NCBI GenBank assembly: GCA_040285745.1
Contig: JAUFOR010000004.1
Span: forward strand, 186,001 to 250,000
Direction of reading: 5' to 3'
Source of the DNA: Barthelona sp. PCE
Lineage: Eukaryota
DNA length: 64,000 bases
The notes under the pieces were generated by a model. The model saw only the letters and a list, made by a program, of their open reading frames with translations. It ran no database searches and was not told the DNA's origin. Of the stretch, positions 27,639 to 38,100 are shown piece by piece. The translations under genes were made by a program, and so were the position numbers. The stretch's first letter is position 1; every line of letters begins with the position of its first letter.

Positions 27639-28260
27639 GATCATTGAATCTTTTCCAATTATCATCTGTATTTGTTATCGTTTTTGGATCTATATCGTTA
27701 TAGACGTCCTCTACCGTCAGGACATTTGTTCCAGGTATATTTTGTGGTTTGAAACTTCCCACATCTATATTATCAAAATTATCAAGACTTATCTCCAGTT
27801 CAATTGATTGCGTTACGGTTAAATCATTGATTTTTGTGAACTCCACAGCCATGTCTTCCAATGCGTTGTTCTCAGGTAGGTCTATCTTTGTAAAGTTGAT
27901 AAGTGTCCCTGAACCCGTTTCTGAAACTGTGGTTACAGGTTGTGTAAAGAAACCAGACGTCTCTGATGATATGAAGCTTGTCATGGGGGTGATGTTTGTA
28001 CTGTTGACATCAGGCATTGATATATTAATAAGTTCATCAACAGTTTCTTGGGTTTTCAGTTCTCTGTTCTCAAAAACCTTAAATTTTGATAAGACATTGA
28101 CATATTCGTTGAGGTCATCGACAAGAGCTTGCGTTTCTTTCTTGAAACGTGAGAGAACTTCATTGAGTAGCTTATCACGACGTTTTTCTAGTATACGCAC
28201 GTCTTGTTCTTCCTCTGAAGTTAGAAGCTTAGAGCAGACCCAATGCAAAATTCTACGCAT
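27628..28260 (-). CDS. Hypothetical protein (210 aa) with N-terminal coiled coil
   Basis: ATG at 28260 (MRRILHW); protein-like composition. Confidence 0.6.
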   Translation of the reverse strand: MRRILHWVCSKLLTSEEEQDVRILEKRRDKLLNEVLSRFKKETQALVDDLNEYVNVLSKFKVFENRELKTQETVDELINISMPDVNSTNITPMTSFISSETSGFFTQPVTTVSETGSGTLINFTKIDLPENNALEDMAVEFTKINDLTVTQSIELEISLDNFDNIDVGSFKPQNIPGTNVLTVEDVYNDIDPKTITNTDDNWKRFNDLIS

Positions 28261-28423
28261 GCTTAAATTGTTTATATGTGGTGAAAAGGTGTTGAAAAAA
28301 GTTAACATTGTAGGTTCTCATAATGGACTATCTTTTGAAAGTTTTTCTGGACAGAAATCATGTTTAGACGAACTGTAGACCTTAGAAATTGAAATTTAAT
28401 TATTAATTGAGATTTTACACTAG

Positions 28424-29020
28424 TTAGTCACCAAACTGCTGTTCGATGAGAGTCTTAATCTTAAAACAATAGTCTTCGTAATAAAACAGCTCATCATCAC
28501 TGTCCAAGCCGAAATCTAAAAAATCTTGAATTTCTTCCTGTCTTAAAGGTTCTAAGGGCTCATTCTCTTGTACACCTGGCACAGCCTCTTTGGTCAACAT
28601 GTCAGTTAGCTCCTCGCCGGTGAGATAGCCTCTCCTCTCGGTGTCTAGCGTCTTAAACGCTTTGAGGAGTTTGTAGACAGGAAGTAACGCATACGTCTTT
28701 CGCAAGTGGTGTTGGATCATACAGTCGAGGATCACAGGTTCGAGTCTGCTGTAGAGCACAAAGCTGCTGGGTTCGTCCATTCTGATTTTCTGTACAATGC
28801 CTAGGATTTCAGCCTCGTACGGTGCAAGACCAAGTGCTCTGAGGATTGTGCCCACCTCGCGCTCATCGCATGAATCATCAGATTTGCGATCGAAAAGATT
28901 AAACGCATCTCTAACGCGTTTTCTGAATGTCTCCCTCAGTTTCTCCATTTCGAGAGTGTCGTTCATGTCATTAAGTTCTTCAATGGGCTGTTCCTCCATT
29001 TTTGCTTCAGATGAACTCAT
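28424..29020 (-). CDS. DRC8: EF-hand protein, dynein regulatory complex subunit 8 (EFCAB2/DRC8)
   Basis: AFNLFD...DEREVGTILRALG...EPSSFV...LLKAFKTLDTERRGYLT...EPLRQEEI matches the EFCAB2 pattern rather than calmodulin or centrin. Confidence 0.8.
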   Translation of the reverse strand: MSSSEAKMEEQPIEELNDMNDTLEMEKLRETFRKRVRDAFNLFDRKSDDSCDEREVGTILRALGLAPYEAEILGIVQKIRMDEPSSFVLYSRLEPVILDCMIQHHLRKTYALLPVYKLLKAFKTLDTERRGYLTGEELTDMLTKEAVPGVQENEPLEPLRQEEIQDFLDFGLDSDDELFYYEDYCFKIKTLIEQQFGD

Positions 29021-29374
29021 TATATATTATTTCTTTATAGAAGTTTTGAAAAAAGTTGGAGTTAGTAATGTGTGTGGTTTTGTGTGCCCCTGATGTGTTT
29101 AATTATGTCTTGAAATCACTAGATCCTCACAGAATACAATGTGCGTGTGAAGAGAGAGTTGTTTCAGGAAACAAGACAAATTGTTATTATGCAATGATCC
29201 TTGATAATGTACACCGGGCTATGTCATCGTAAAAGCGTAATTAGCATGTCAGAAAGCTCTATTAACTGTAACATTTGTTTTAGGTTTTTTTGCCCTTTTC
29301 TTCGTTTTCGCTTTGCGGAAGTTTCTTTTTTACATTATTTGAAACTTATTTTCCTCTTTATAGGCCGGCATTTT

Positions 29375-30052
29375 ATGGAATTACAGCATAGCAGAATTAC
29401 AAAGATTTCTAGCAGTCAAGAAGTTGGTAACAGCGCTGATGGCATGCTAGATCTGCTCAACAAACCTACTTTTCAGATTGTACAACCAAAATACTCTATT
29501 TTTACAAAGGTCTTGCGGATAGCAATTGTTATCCTTACAGTAATCACGGCCTATCTTTGTGTGTACTTTGCAATGGGAGTGTCCACAGCCATGGAGCATG
29601 AGGACATGATGGTAAAGACAGTGGCGTATTCAAATGCAGTATATAATGAAACACTAAATAACGAGAATCCTGGTTTGTATCTGCAGGTGAACCTTACATA
29701 TTACTATAACTCGGAGAGTAGAGAGGCGAACCTGAAGATCGGTCCATTCACGAATCTGAAGCAGTATGATTACGTGGAGAAACACTACCTTCCATTGAAC
29801 ACCAACTACACAATCTATTATGACCCGAGTTCGGATGTTGTCTCTCTCAGCCCAGACATTGATATATTTAATGTACTTTTCTTAGTGCTATCAATTGGTA
29901 TACTTCTTTTTCTGGTGGGTTATTTGTTCCAAGTTTTAGTGATGCCAACATTGAAGGGTAAAAAGGGTATGGTTCTGGATGCAATCGATGAGGAGGAGGA
30001 AGGTATTACTCCTTTTGATAAACTGGAGGAAATGGTTAAATTAAGAACTTGA
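29375..30052 (+). CDS. Two-TM membrane protein with a small beta-rich external loop
   Basis: Two hydrophobic segments flank a loop containing YYY...IYYDP; likely ATG at 29375. Confidence 0.7.
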   Translation: MELQHSRITKISSSQEVGNSADGMLDLLNKPTFQIVQPKYSIFTKVLRIAIVILTVITAYLCVYFAMGVSTAMEHEDMMVKTVAYSNAVYNETLNNENPGLYLQVNLTYYYNSESREANLKIGPFTNLKQYDYVEKHYLPLNTNYTIYYDPSSDVVSLSPDIDIFNVLFLVLSIGILLFLVGYLFQVLVMPTLKGKKGMVLDAIDEEEEGITPFDKLEEMVKLRT

Positions 30053-30176
30053 TTTCATTAGTAATCTAAATTTTATATTGTAGAAAGTGTACAAAGCTCA
30101 CCAGAAACTTCGTTTTTAGATAAAATAACACATATAGTAAACGCATATTCTTGTTTTTTTTGTTTTTGTTTTTTTA

Positions 30177-33100
30177 ATGCTCTTTTTTAAGTATTGTGTG
30201 TTTTTTCTTTGTTTTCTGGCATGTTTGACAACCGCCACATCAAATTCATTTTCTTATAAGGATTTTTTTGATCTCTTTCAGCTTTTCTTGCAGCATGGTC
30301 GTATTTCATTGAATTCACCTGTTTCTATATCGCTACCCGTTGATAGTAACCCAGGTATTTGTTTCGGAATTCCACATTCGTTTGATAGTGTATCTCTGGG
30401 ATTTTCTTCGTATTTGTTCAAATATAATGGTTCTGCTCCAACGTGTTATGACCCGCTTTCATCTTACACACTCTCCGCAGATATTTTTGAGCTTGTTGAG
30501 ATGAGGCGATTGGTCGAGCAGGACATTTCATCTTTCTTACGTTTCAGCTTTGATTTTACCACTCTCTTTAGCACGACACACTTTGACAGGAAAGAAAGCG
30601 TTCAGCTTATGAGTTTGCACCTTAAGCTTATGGAGCTGGAGCATGATATTTCTTCAGTCATTGGCAAAATCGATACAGAAGATTCACTAAGTTTTTCAAT
30701 TGCACAGGAACTTAGTGCATTTGTTTTTAGATATCAAAATTTGCGCTTAGCGTATTTTGAGAATGATACCTTTTCAGAAGGTTTGTTTTTACCTTTTTCC
30801 CTTCTTACAAAGAGTGCAGAGGACCTCATATCCAACATAGAAGAGTTGAATGCATGTGAGGAAGAAAGGTTGCACAATGGTTATTTTTTGTTTACGGATG
30901 ATTGCTCAATATTTCCATCAAAGATTTTCGAGTTGAATGAAACACATCTGGCTAAATATGGATCTAATTTAGTGACTAATTTAGATTTAAGTGGGTTTTT
31001 ACATGTTTATTCGAGTAACATTACTGTTACTGACTTTACATTTTGGACAGGAACAACGTTGAAACCCCACAGACCAATCACTGCAGCGCATATGTATCAT
31101 CCAGAGATTAATTTTCCATTACCAACTGAGAATGTGTTTGTTTTTAGTCCCCCTTCAGTTGCACCAACAGACGCTACTGTTCCTGGTACATTTTGTGCAT
31201 TGGATTACTACATGACTGCTGAGGGTCAGAAACCCGTGGGTGTGGGTTTCTATTCGCCTCTTAATGATTGTGAGCGGTATCACTGCACAGGGCTTGATAG
31301 TGGTATGGGCTTCTCAACAATGGGAGGTGGTGTTGATGACTGCAATACAGTATGCTTACAAGGAGGATATGTTCATTTGTTTGGTTATTGCCTTAAGCTC
31401 GATGAGGTTGGATTTTACTCTCCAGCTTACTACAATAATAAGCTTGAATGTCAAAATGCACCCGAAAACGCCCATTACGTGCTTGATTTCTATAATAACA
31501 ACCCTACATGCAGTTTTGTGTGTGAAAAATCCGGATATTACAGATTAAACGACGATTGTGTTGTCGCACCCAATGGGTACTGGTCTCCTGCAAACAATAA
31601 CTCGTTGTATGCTATGTCTGCACACCCTACGCTTGATATTGACATGTATGGATATTACGGTGAGGGATTTTCGGTAAACACTGCAGCGTGGTCACAAAAG
31701 CATCTATCAAAGTTAGTTTTCGACAAAGGACTTCCGATACCATTCAGTATGCAGATGGATATCATGTTTGAGAACATTACAACAAGTGAAGAGCTGGATA
31801 TTGCTACATTTGGCAACATTCGAATTTTTTGCAATGCTACAGCCCAGCACTCACTTGTGATTCACGATCTTGCTAATGGAATTTTGGTTTCAGTGGATGT
31901 ATCTTCGTGCTCCATATTGTCAGACCTTCAAATATCGGCTTCAGAATCGATGGTTTTAATATTCATGGATTCAGAGATTATACTCAGATCCGATACAGTC
32001 GTACAAGATCCTATAGAAGTGCTATACCTCGGACCTGCAAATAACTTTTATGTGGAGAAGCGACCAAGTTATCTTCGCTTTGGTATTTCTCAAGTACGGT
32101 TTTTTTCAAGTGTTATTTTAAAAAATCACATAGCACCCACCCAAGAAGCGGTGGAAAACATCATGTTCAGCTCGGATGACCGGGTTATATGCGCCGTAGT
32201 AGGGCAATTTTTCCGAGTTTCAGTCACTGACGGAATTTTTGATGTACCGCTTCTTCATGGTTTGGGAAAGCATGTGATATGCACGTATGTCTTTAACGTG
32301 TCACAGGCAACGTATGAATTTACTTGTTCAACAGTTGTATCTCTACAGCTCATCTCACACAGGTATATCGGCAAGGTTGCTGTTTCCAACACCACAACTT
32401 TTACAAACACTGAAATTTATCAAACAGTTAGCCCTGATGGCTTTCTTAGCGTTGGGTTTGTCAACACAGGTGTCCCACTTCTATGTCCAAACGATATGGT
32501 ATTCAATAATGGTGTTTGTACATGCGACGGTGTTTATTGGCTTGGCACTTGTTCATTAGGCTCTTCTTCTTTGGTTGAACTGATTCCGGATCTGAACTCA
32601 AACCATCGCATCGATCGCACCACTTCTTTTCCAGTTTCCAGTAGTGTTTTTTGCACTTTGAATGATGAAGTACTACCAACAACAATTGTACGTTCTGATA
32701 TTCTTACGATAGAGTGTCTAGACAGGGTTTTTAGTATGTTTGCCAGAGTTAAAGCCACTTCGCCAACAATAAGTACAACTCGCGAGGCAGGTGCAACCCG
32801 CATAACATCAAGTCCTGTTTTTAACGTGCGCTGTTGCATATCTTCAGTCAATAGCAACTGTATTGTGTCTAAAACTGCACCGCTACTACCAGAGGGAGGA
32901 TTGGTGATTTTTCAATCAGCCAATGTCAAGTGTGTTTACTGCCCCTTCGGATTTATGTGCTCTGATCCAACGAGCGTCTTTGCAAGGGTAAGCTATCTCC
33001 GGTTGGATGATGTACCGATTCCTTTCAACGCTGACTATGTCATACGGCAGGGCCAGCTAGCATTTGTTGCGCCTGATAACATACTGTGCTTTGATCTCCC

Positions 33101-33992
33101 TGTCGTTGTCAACGATGAAACTGCGAGGTGCTGGCCTATTAAAAAGGGTGACAGTACGATGAAGTATCAGGCTGAATATGAGGATGAAAGTTGGAGCTTT
33201 GAGAGAACGATTTCAGTAGTTCACGTTGATTATCCAACTGATTTTAGCATAAAGACAACGCCGTCATGTGTTTATTGTTCGGACTGTGTACTGGTTTCTG
33301 TTACTATCGATGAATCACACTTGTCATCGCTTTTCTTTGCAATTGGATCGAGCAGACCAATACCTGAGATCGCTAACGGTGTACCCACACAGAGCACCCC
33401 AACTATGGACTGCATGTGGCCGGGTTGCCAATATCAGGGGTCTTTCTGTGTCATGCAACCTACACCAATACATTTTGCAATTTATGACAGAGAAACACAG
33501 GTAACAACGTTCCTCAAATCGGTTAATGTTGAAAAAGTTCACACATCATCGTTTTATATTGGTTTGTTGTTGTTAAGTGTGGGAATAGTTCTGTTAGTCA
33601 TGGCATCTTATTCTGGTTGTCGTTTGCATTGTATATCAAAAGAAAGCTACTCGATGAGGCAGACCGAGCCTGATGGGAAAGAAAGAGTGTTACCGATCAA
33701 GAGTGATGCAAAGAATTTAGCTAAAAATGGAGAAAATTTTCTAATTAAACCCAATGGAACCATGTCTCAAAGCATTCAGTTTAACCAAGACAGTTTAGAT
33801 GAATTCAACGAAATTTCCTCAGTGTCTGAAATTGACAGTGATAGTGCACTTGAAACCGTGTTCAGTTCAGATTCTGATAGCGACATGCAAATATTAAATT
33901 GGATACATACACCCAATAACAATAACAGTAACAATAACAAAAATTTAAACGGACAGATTAATCTGGAGTTGATTGAACCTGTGTACGAATGA
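30177..33992 (+). CDS. Type I membrane protein with Cys-rich (GFYSP/GYWSP) repeats
   Basis: Signal peptide MLFFKYCVFFLCFLACL, repeated C..G(F/Y)(Y/W)SP...C modules, C-terminal TM FYIGLLLLSVGIVLLVMA, short acidic tail. Confidence 0.8.
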   Translation: MLFFKYCVFFLCFLACLTTATSNSFSYKDFFDLFQLFLQHGRISLNSPVSISLPVDSNPGICFGIPHSFDSVSLGFSSYLFKYNGSAPTCYDPLSSYTLSADIFELVEMRRLVEQDISSFLRFSFDFTTLFSTTHFDRKESVQLMSLHLKLMELEHDISSVIGKIDTEDSLSFSIAQELSAFVFRYQNLRLAYFENDTFSEGLFLPFSLLTKSAEDLISNIEELNACEEERLHNGYFLFTDDCSIFPSKIFELNETHLAKYGSNLVTNLDLSGFLHVYSSNITVTDFTFWTGTTLKPHRPITAAHMYHPEINFPLPTENVFVFSPPSVAPTDATVPGTFCALDYYMTAEGQKPVGVGFYSPLNDCERYHCTGLDSGMGFSTMGGGVDDCNTVCLQGGYVHLFGYCLKLDEVGFYSPAYYNNKLECQNAPENAHYVLDFYNNNPTCSFVCEKSGYYRLNDDCVVAPNGYWSPANNNSLYAMSAHPTLDIDMYGYYGEGFSVNTAAWSQKHLSKLVFDKGLPIPFSMQMDIMFENITTSEELDIATFGNIRIFCNATAQHSLVIHDLANGILVSVDVSSCSILSDLQISASESMVLIFMDSEIILRSDTVVQDPIEVLYLGPANNFYVEKRPSYLRFGISQVRFFSSVILKNHIAPTQEAVENIMFSSDDRVICAVVGQFFRVSVTDGIFDVPLLHGLGKHVICTYVFNVSQATYEFTCSTVVSLQLISHRYIGKVAVSNTTTFTNTEIYQTVSPDGFLSVGFVNTGVPLLCPNDMVFNNGVCTCDGVYWLGTCSLGSSSLVELIPDLNSNHRIDRTTSFPVSSSVFCTLNDEVLPTTIVRSDILTIECLDRVFSMFARVKATSPTISTTREAGATRITSSPVFNVRCCISSVNSNCIVSKTAPLLPEGGLVIFQSANVKCVYCPFGFMCSDPTSVFARVSYLRLDDVPIPFNADYVIRQGQLAFVAPDNILCFDLPVVVNDETARCWPIKKGDSTMKYQAEYEDESWSFERTISVVHVDYPTDFSIKTTPSCVYCSDCVLVSVTIDESHLSSLFFAIGSSRPIPEIANGVPTQSTPTMDCMWPGCQYQGSFCVMQPTPIHFAIYDRETQVTTFLKSVNVEKVHTSSFYIGLLLLSVGIVLLVMASYSGCRLHCISKESYSMRQTEPDGKERVLPIKSDAKNLAKNGENFLIKPNGTMSQSIQFNQDSLDEFNEISSVSEIDSDSALETVFSSDSDSDMQILNWIHTPNNNNSNNNKNLNGQINLELIEPVYE

Positions 33993-33993
33993 T

Positions 33994-34956
33994 TTATTGG
34001 GACATTTTGGCCAAGTTCCTTTTCCAAAGGTGCTTACAACCAGCAACACAGATATAAAACCACTCTGTGATAAACATCTTTCGCTCTTCCTCAGTCAGAT
34101 CTAACCGTTCTCCGTATAAGTTCATGAACTCGTTGTCGATGTCGTCCAGTGACCGAGCCTCGTCGCAGATACGGGCGTGTTCCGTTAAAAGATACATACT
34201 GTCGTTCATGAAGGCGTGGTAGTCTTCTGATGGTATGTAACCAAAATGGCTCAGTCCGATGTTAGCAGCAGGCAAAGAGAGAAACTTGCTGAGCGTTGTT
34301 GCCCATAGTTTGGGTTTAAATTGGGTCGGAGCGCTTGGAAGGATTTTGGCATTCTTAATGTTAGCATCCGGGGTTTCAATGTCTCTGATGAGCTCAAGGT
34401 TCATAGCAACAGCATCCCCTGGGAAGAGAATATTCATTTCCTCGAAATGGAATGCGGCAGAGTGAAAAGCGTGACCGAAAGCGTCAAAAACACGAATGTT
34501 CTCATTCCCCCATTTGATAATATCGCCCTCCTTCACTGGGACAACTGAAGCCTCAGGGATCGGTAGGGCAGGGCCGATATAGTTCGCGTACTCTGTGGGG
34601 TCGTAAACCTGTACAGCTGCAGAGTTAAGGATTGTTGGATCAACGAGATGCTTTGCACCGTTTTCGTGTACCAAGAACTTAGCATCAGGAAAGTGCTGTG
34701 CGAGAAGACCTGCACCTCCACTATGATCAAGGTGGACATGAGTTACTACAACAAAAGCAACAGAAGTGATATTTAACTCTTTAATGACGCTCAAAACAGC
34801 CTTTTCAACGCACATATGCGAAGATGGCTCCACGATTACCCATTCATCGGTGCCTTCCTTGTTTAAAAAGAAACAAGAACATCTGCCAACAGATATAAAG
34901 TGTGTATCAATGTAAAATGAATTTGAATTGTCAAAGTAATGCCTTTCAGGTGTCAT
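33994..34956 (-). CDS. MBL-fold metallo-hydrolase (bacterial YflN-like)
   Basis: THVHLDHSGG, VHENGAKHLVDP, GHAFH, LFPGD and SHFG motifs; ATG at 34956. Confidence 0.88.
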   Translation of the reverse strand: MTPERHYFDNSNSFYIDTHFISVGRCSCFFLNKEGTDEWVIVEPSSHMCVEKAVLSVIKELNITSVAFVVVTHVHLDHSGGAGLLAQHFPDAKFLVHENGAKHLVDPTILNSAAVQVYDPTEYANYIGPALPIPEASVVPVKEGDIIKWGNENIRVFDAFGHAFHSAAFHFEEMNILFPGDAVAMNLELIRDIETPDANIKNAKILPSAPTQFKPKLWATTLSKFLSLPAANIGLSHFGYIPSEDYHAFMNDSMYLLTEHARICDEARSLDDIDNEFMNLYGERLDLTEEERKMFITEWFYICVAGCKHLWKRNLAKMSQ

Positions 34957-35136
34957 GCTGCCCAAAATATTCAAATAGAATGGAGGAAGAAATGCAAAAA
35001 CAGTAAGACTTGATTTTTAAGGCTTTTCATTCCTTGAAGCTCACACGATACACCATTGATAGCTGGAAAGAAAGCTTCTTACTGTTATCTTACCTGCTTT
35101 CTGTTTTCCACCATTTTCTTTAAATATTATATAAGC

Positions 35137-38100
35137 ATGATTAAGTTCATTTTAAACGGTAAAGAGATCACTGTTTGTGCTGAACACACGCAGATGAGAC
35201 TCGTTGACTATCTAAGAGACATTTTGCATCTTAGAGGTACTAAAGTCAGTTCTGGCACAGGTAATACAGGTGCATCAGTTGTTGTTCTGAGTGAATTTTC
35301 GCCTAACGGATCTAAAGGAGAGGTTATTCATAAAGCAGTGAATTCTTCACTTTTATATGTGTTTATGGCACATAACAAGAGCATCACCACTATTGAGGGT
35401 CTCACGTCAGGCGAAAACAAGGAGTTATCCGCCTTCCAACAGGCTTTTGATGAGTATAGTTCAGCTCAGTGCGGTTACTGTACCCCTGGTATTATTATGT
35501 CACTATCTCTCATGCTCAACAACCACGACTTTGAACGCAGCGCTATTGAGTGCCAGGACATCGAAGACGTAATGTCAGGTCACCTTTGTCGTTGTACCGG
35601 TTACGCATCTTTCTATCAGGGTATCAGCAGCGTCGTTGACAAGTGCAACACCACAAAGGAGGTCGAGAGCAGGTTTGATGTCGGCCTTCCCGAACACTAT
35701 CGTCACGTTGAAGCAGTCTCTGGACCCGGATTTTTCCTCCCATCAACTATCTCTGAGGCACTTGCTTATTTGACTGAGCACAAGGACGCCACTGTCATTG
35801 CAGGCAATGTCGACCTTGCTTACCAGAAGGAGATGTACCAACGTAAGATGGAAAGGATCGTTTCTCTTCAGAACATTGCTGCTCTTAAGCGCATCGAGTT
35901 CAACGCTGAGACTGGTGCTCTTTCATTGGGCGCTATGACCACTGTTGAGGATCTGCGCCACTTTGCCCTCACAGTTCAGAAGGATAGATCCAACTTCGGA
36001 AAGGTGATGCACGGTTTCCTCCGTTGGTTCGGTTCCCCTCAGATCCGTTCACAGACCACGATCGGAGGCATCGTCTCCCTCAGAAGCGATATGTCAGACT
36101 TGATGCCTGTTTTTATGGCCATGGGTGCTCAGGTTCACTACGTCAAGCGAGGTGAGACGGCTGTCGTCCGCGATCACATTATGACAGAGATCGACCCCGT
36201 TCTCATTACCTCTGTTGAGATCAACGTAGCACAGGACAAGGATCTTTGGGTCATGAAGACTGCCAACCGTCGTGATAACACCCCCAACATCATGACACTT
36301 GCTGTGTACGGTTCTGCCGACGAGCATATGATGTGTGTTTCAGGCGTTGACGGACTGGGTGTTGTTTTCCCGACATTTGAGAGTAACATGCCCCATCTGT
36401 TCACAGCCATGTACGAGCTTTGCAAGAAGGAGTTCGGTGAAGTTCCCACATACTTTGATAGTAACGAGTGGCCAAAGATGCAACACGACTTCGATGAGGA
36501 TTTGACGCTTCGTTATGTGAATCGTCCGGTGAAGAAGGCCGACAATGTTCCCATCGTTAAGGGTGAAGCTTCTTATACAATGGATATTGTCGAGCCCCAC
36601 GATTGCCTGTATGCGAGCTACGTTACAAGTGTGTTTGCCCATGCAAAGCTGCTTGATATTGATTTCTCCATGGCTGAAACTATCGAGGGTTACGTCGGTC
36701 ACGTTTCTGCAGAGGATTGTAAGCGCAAAGAACTATCCGGAATCGTTTTTGACACTCGTATTTTTGCATACGATACTGTCGACTACTGGGGAGAGCCTAT
36801 CGCAGCTGTCATTGCAACCTCACAGGAGGCTGCTGATCGCATCGCAAACGCAGTTATTGTCAGATATGAGGAGCTCACTCCATTGATTACGGTCGAAAGC
36901 GCTCATGAAAAGGAGAGCTGGTTCGATCATATCAAGCTAAAAGAACTCAAGAGAGGTGATGTTAATGAGGCTTTTGCCAACAGTAAGTATGTTGTCGAAG
37001 GTGTCCTCACTATGGGTGGTCAAGAACATGTGTATATGGAAACACACAACGCTTTATGTATCCCCGATGAGCCACTCTTCAAGGTTTACTCATCAACCCA
37101 GAACATCTCTAAGGTACAAGCGGACGTTGCCGCTGCCATCGGTATCCCCATGCATGGTGTTCAGGTTCAGGTCCACCGTCTCGGTGGTGGTTTCGGAGGC
37201 AAGCAGGATCGCCCTTGTTTCATTGCTTGTGCTGCTGCCGTTGCTGCTAAGAAGTTCAACCGTCCAGTTAGATTGCGCCTTCCTCGTCGTCTCGATATGC
37301 AAATCACTGGTGGCCGTCACCCATGGACAGCACGTTACAAGGCTTCTATGGACGAGAATGGTACCTTCACCGGTGGTGAATCACGTATCTACTTCAATGC
37401 CGGTTCCGTTTTTGATGTTTCAGGTCCTGTCATGGAGAAAATGGTGTGTCAGGCCGAGGGCCCCTACTATTGGCCCAACTGGCATTGTTCTGCCCACGGT
37501 TGTCGTCTTAACCAGGTCACCGGTACCGCTTTCCGCGGTTTCGGTTCTCCTCAGGCATTGTTCCTAACAACAGGCATGATGGAGCACCTGAGCCGTGTCT
37601 CTGGTATCTCCTTTGACGAACTGTCTCGCAGGAACTTCCTCAAACCCGAGCAGAAGACAATCGTTACATGTTTCGTTGAGGATAACGTACACACCCCTGA
37701 CAAATTCCCTGTGCCCGGAATGTTTGAGCACATTGTTGAAACTTCCGAGTACGAGAAGCGTCTTGCATCCGTCGAAGAACACAACACAGAGAACAAGCGC
37801 TTCAAGCGTGGTATCTTTGCTGTTGCACAGAAGAACGCCACTGATTTCGAGCTTGACGCTTTCAACCAAGGTGGTGCGCTTCTCCACGTTTACCATGATG
37901 GTTCAGTTCAGCTTTCACACTCTGCTGTAGAGATGGGTCAAGGTGTTCACACTAAGATGGCTGCCATAGCCGCTGAGTACCTCAAGCTTCCCTTTGAAAA
38001 GATTCACGTTGTGGAGACAGATACGACTCGTGTTCCCAACACAATGCCCACCGCCGCTTCCTCTGGTGCCGATGTAGCTGGCCCTGCAGTCATTGAGTGC

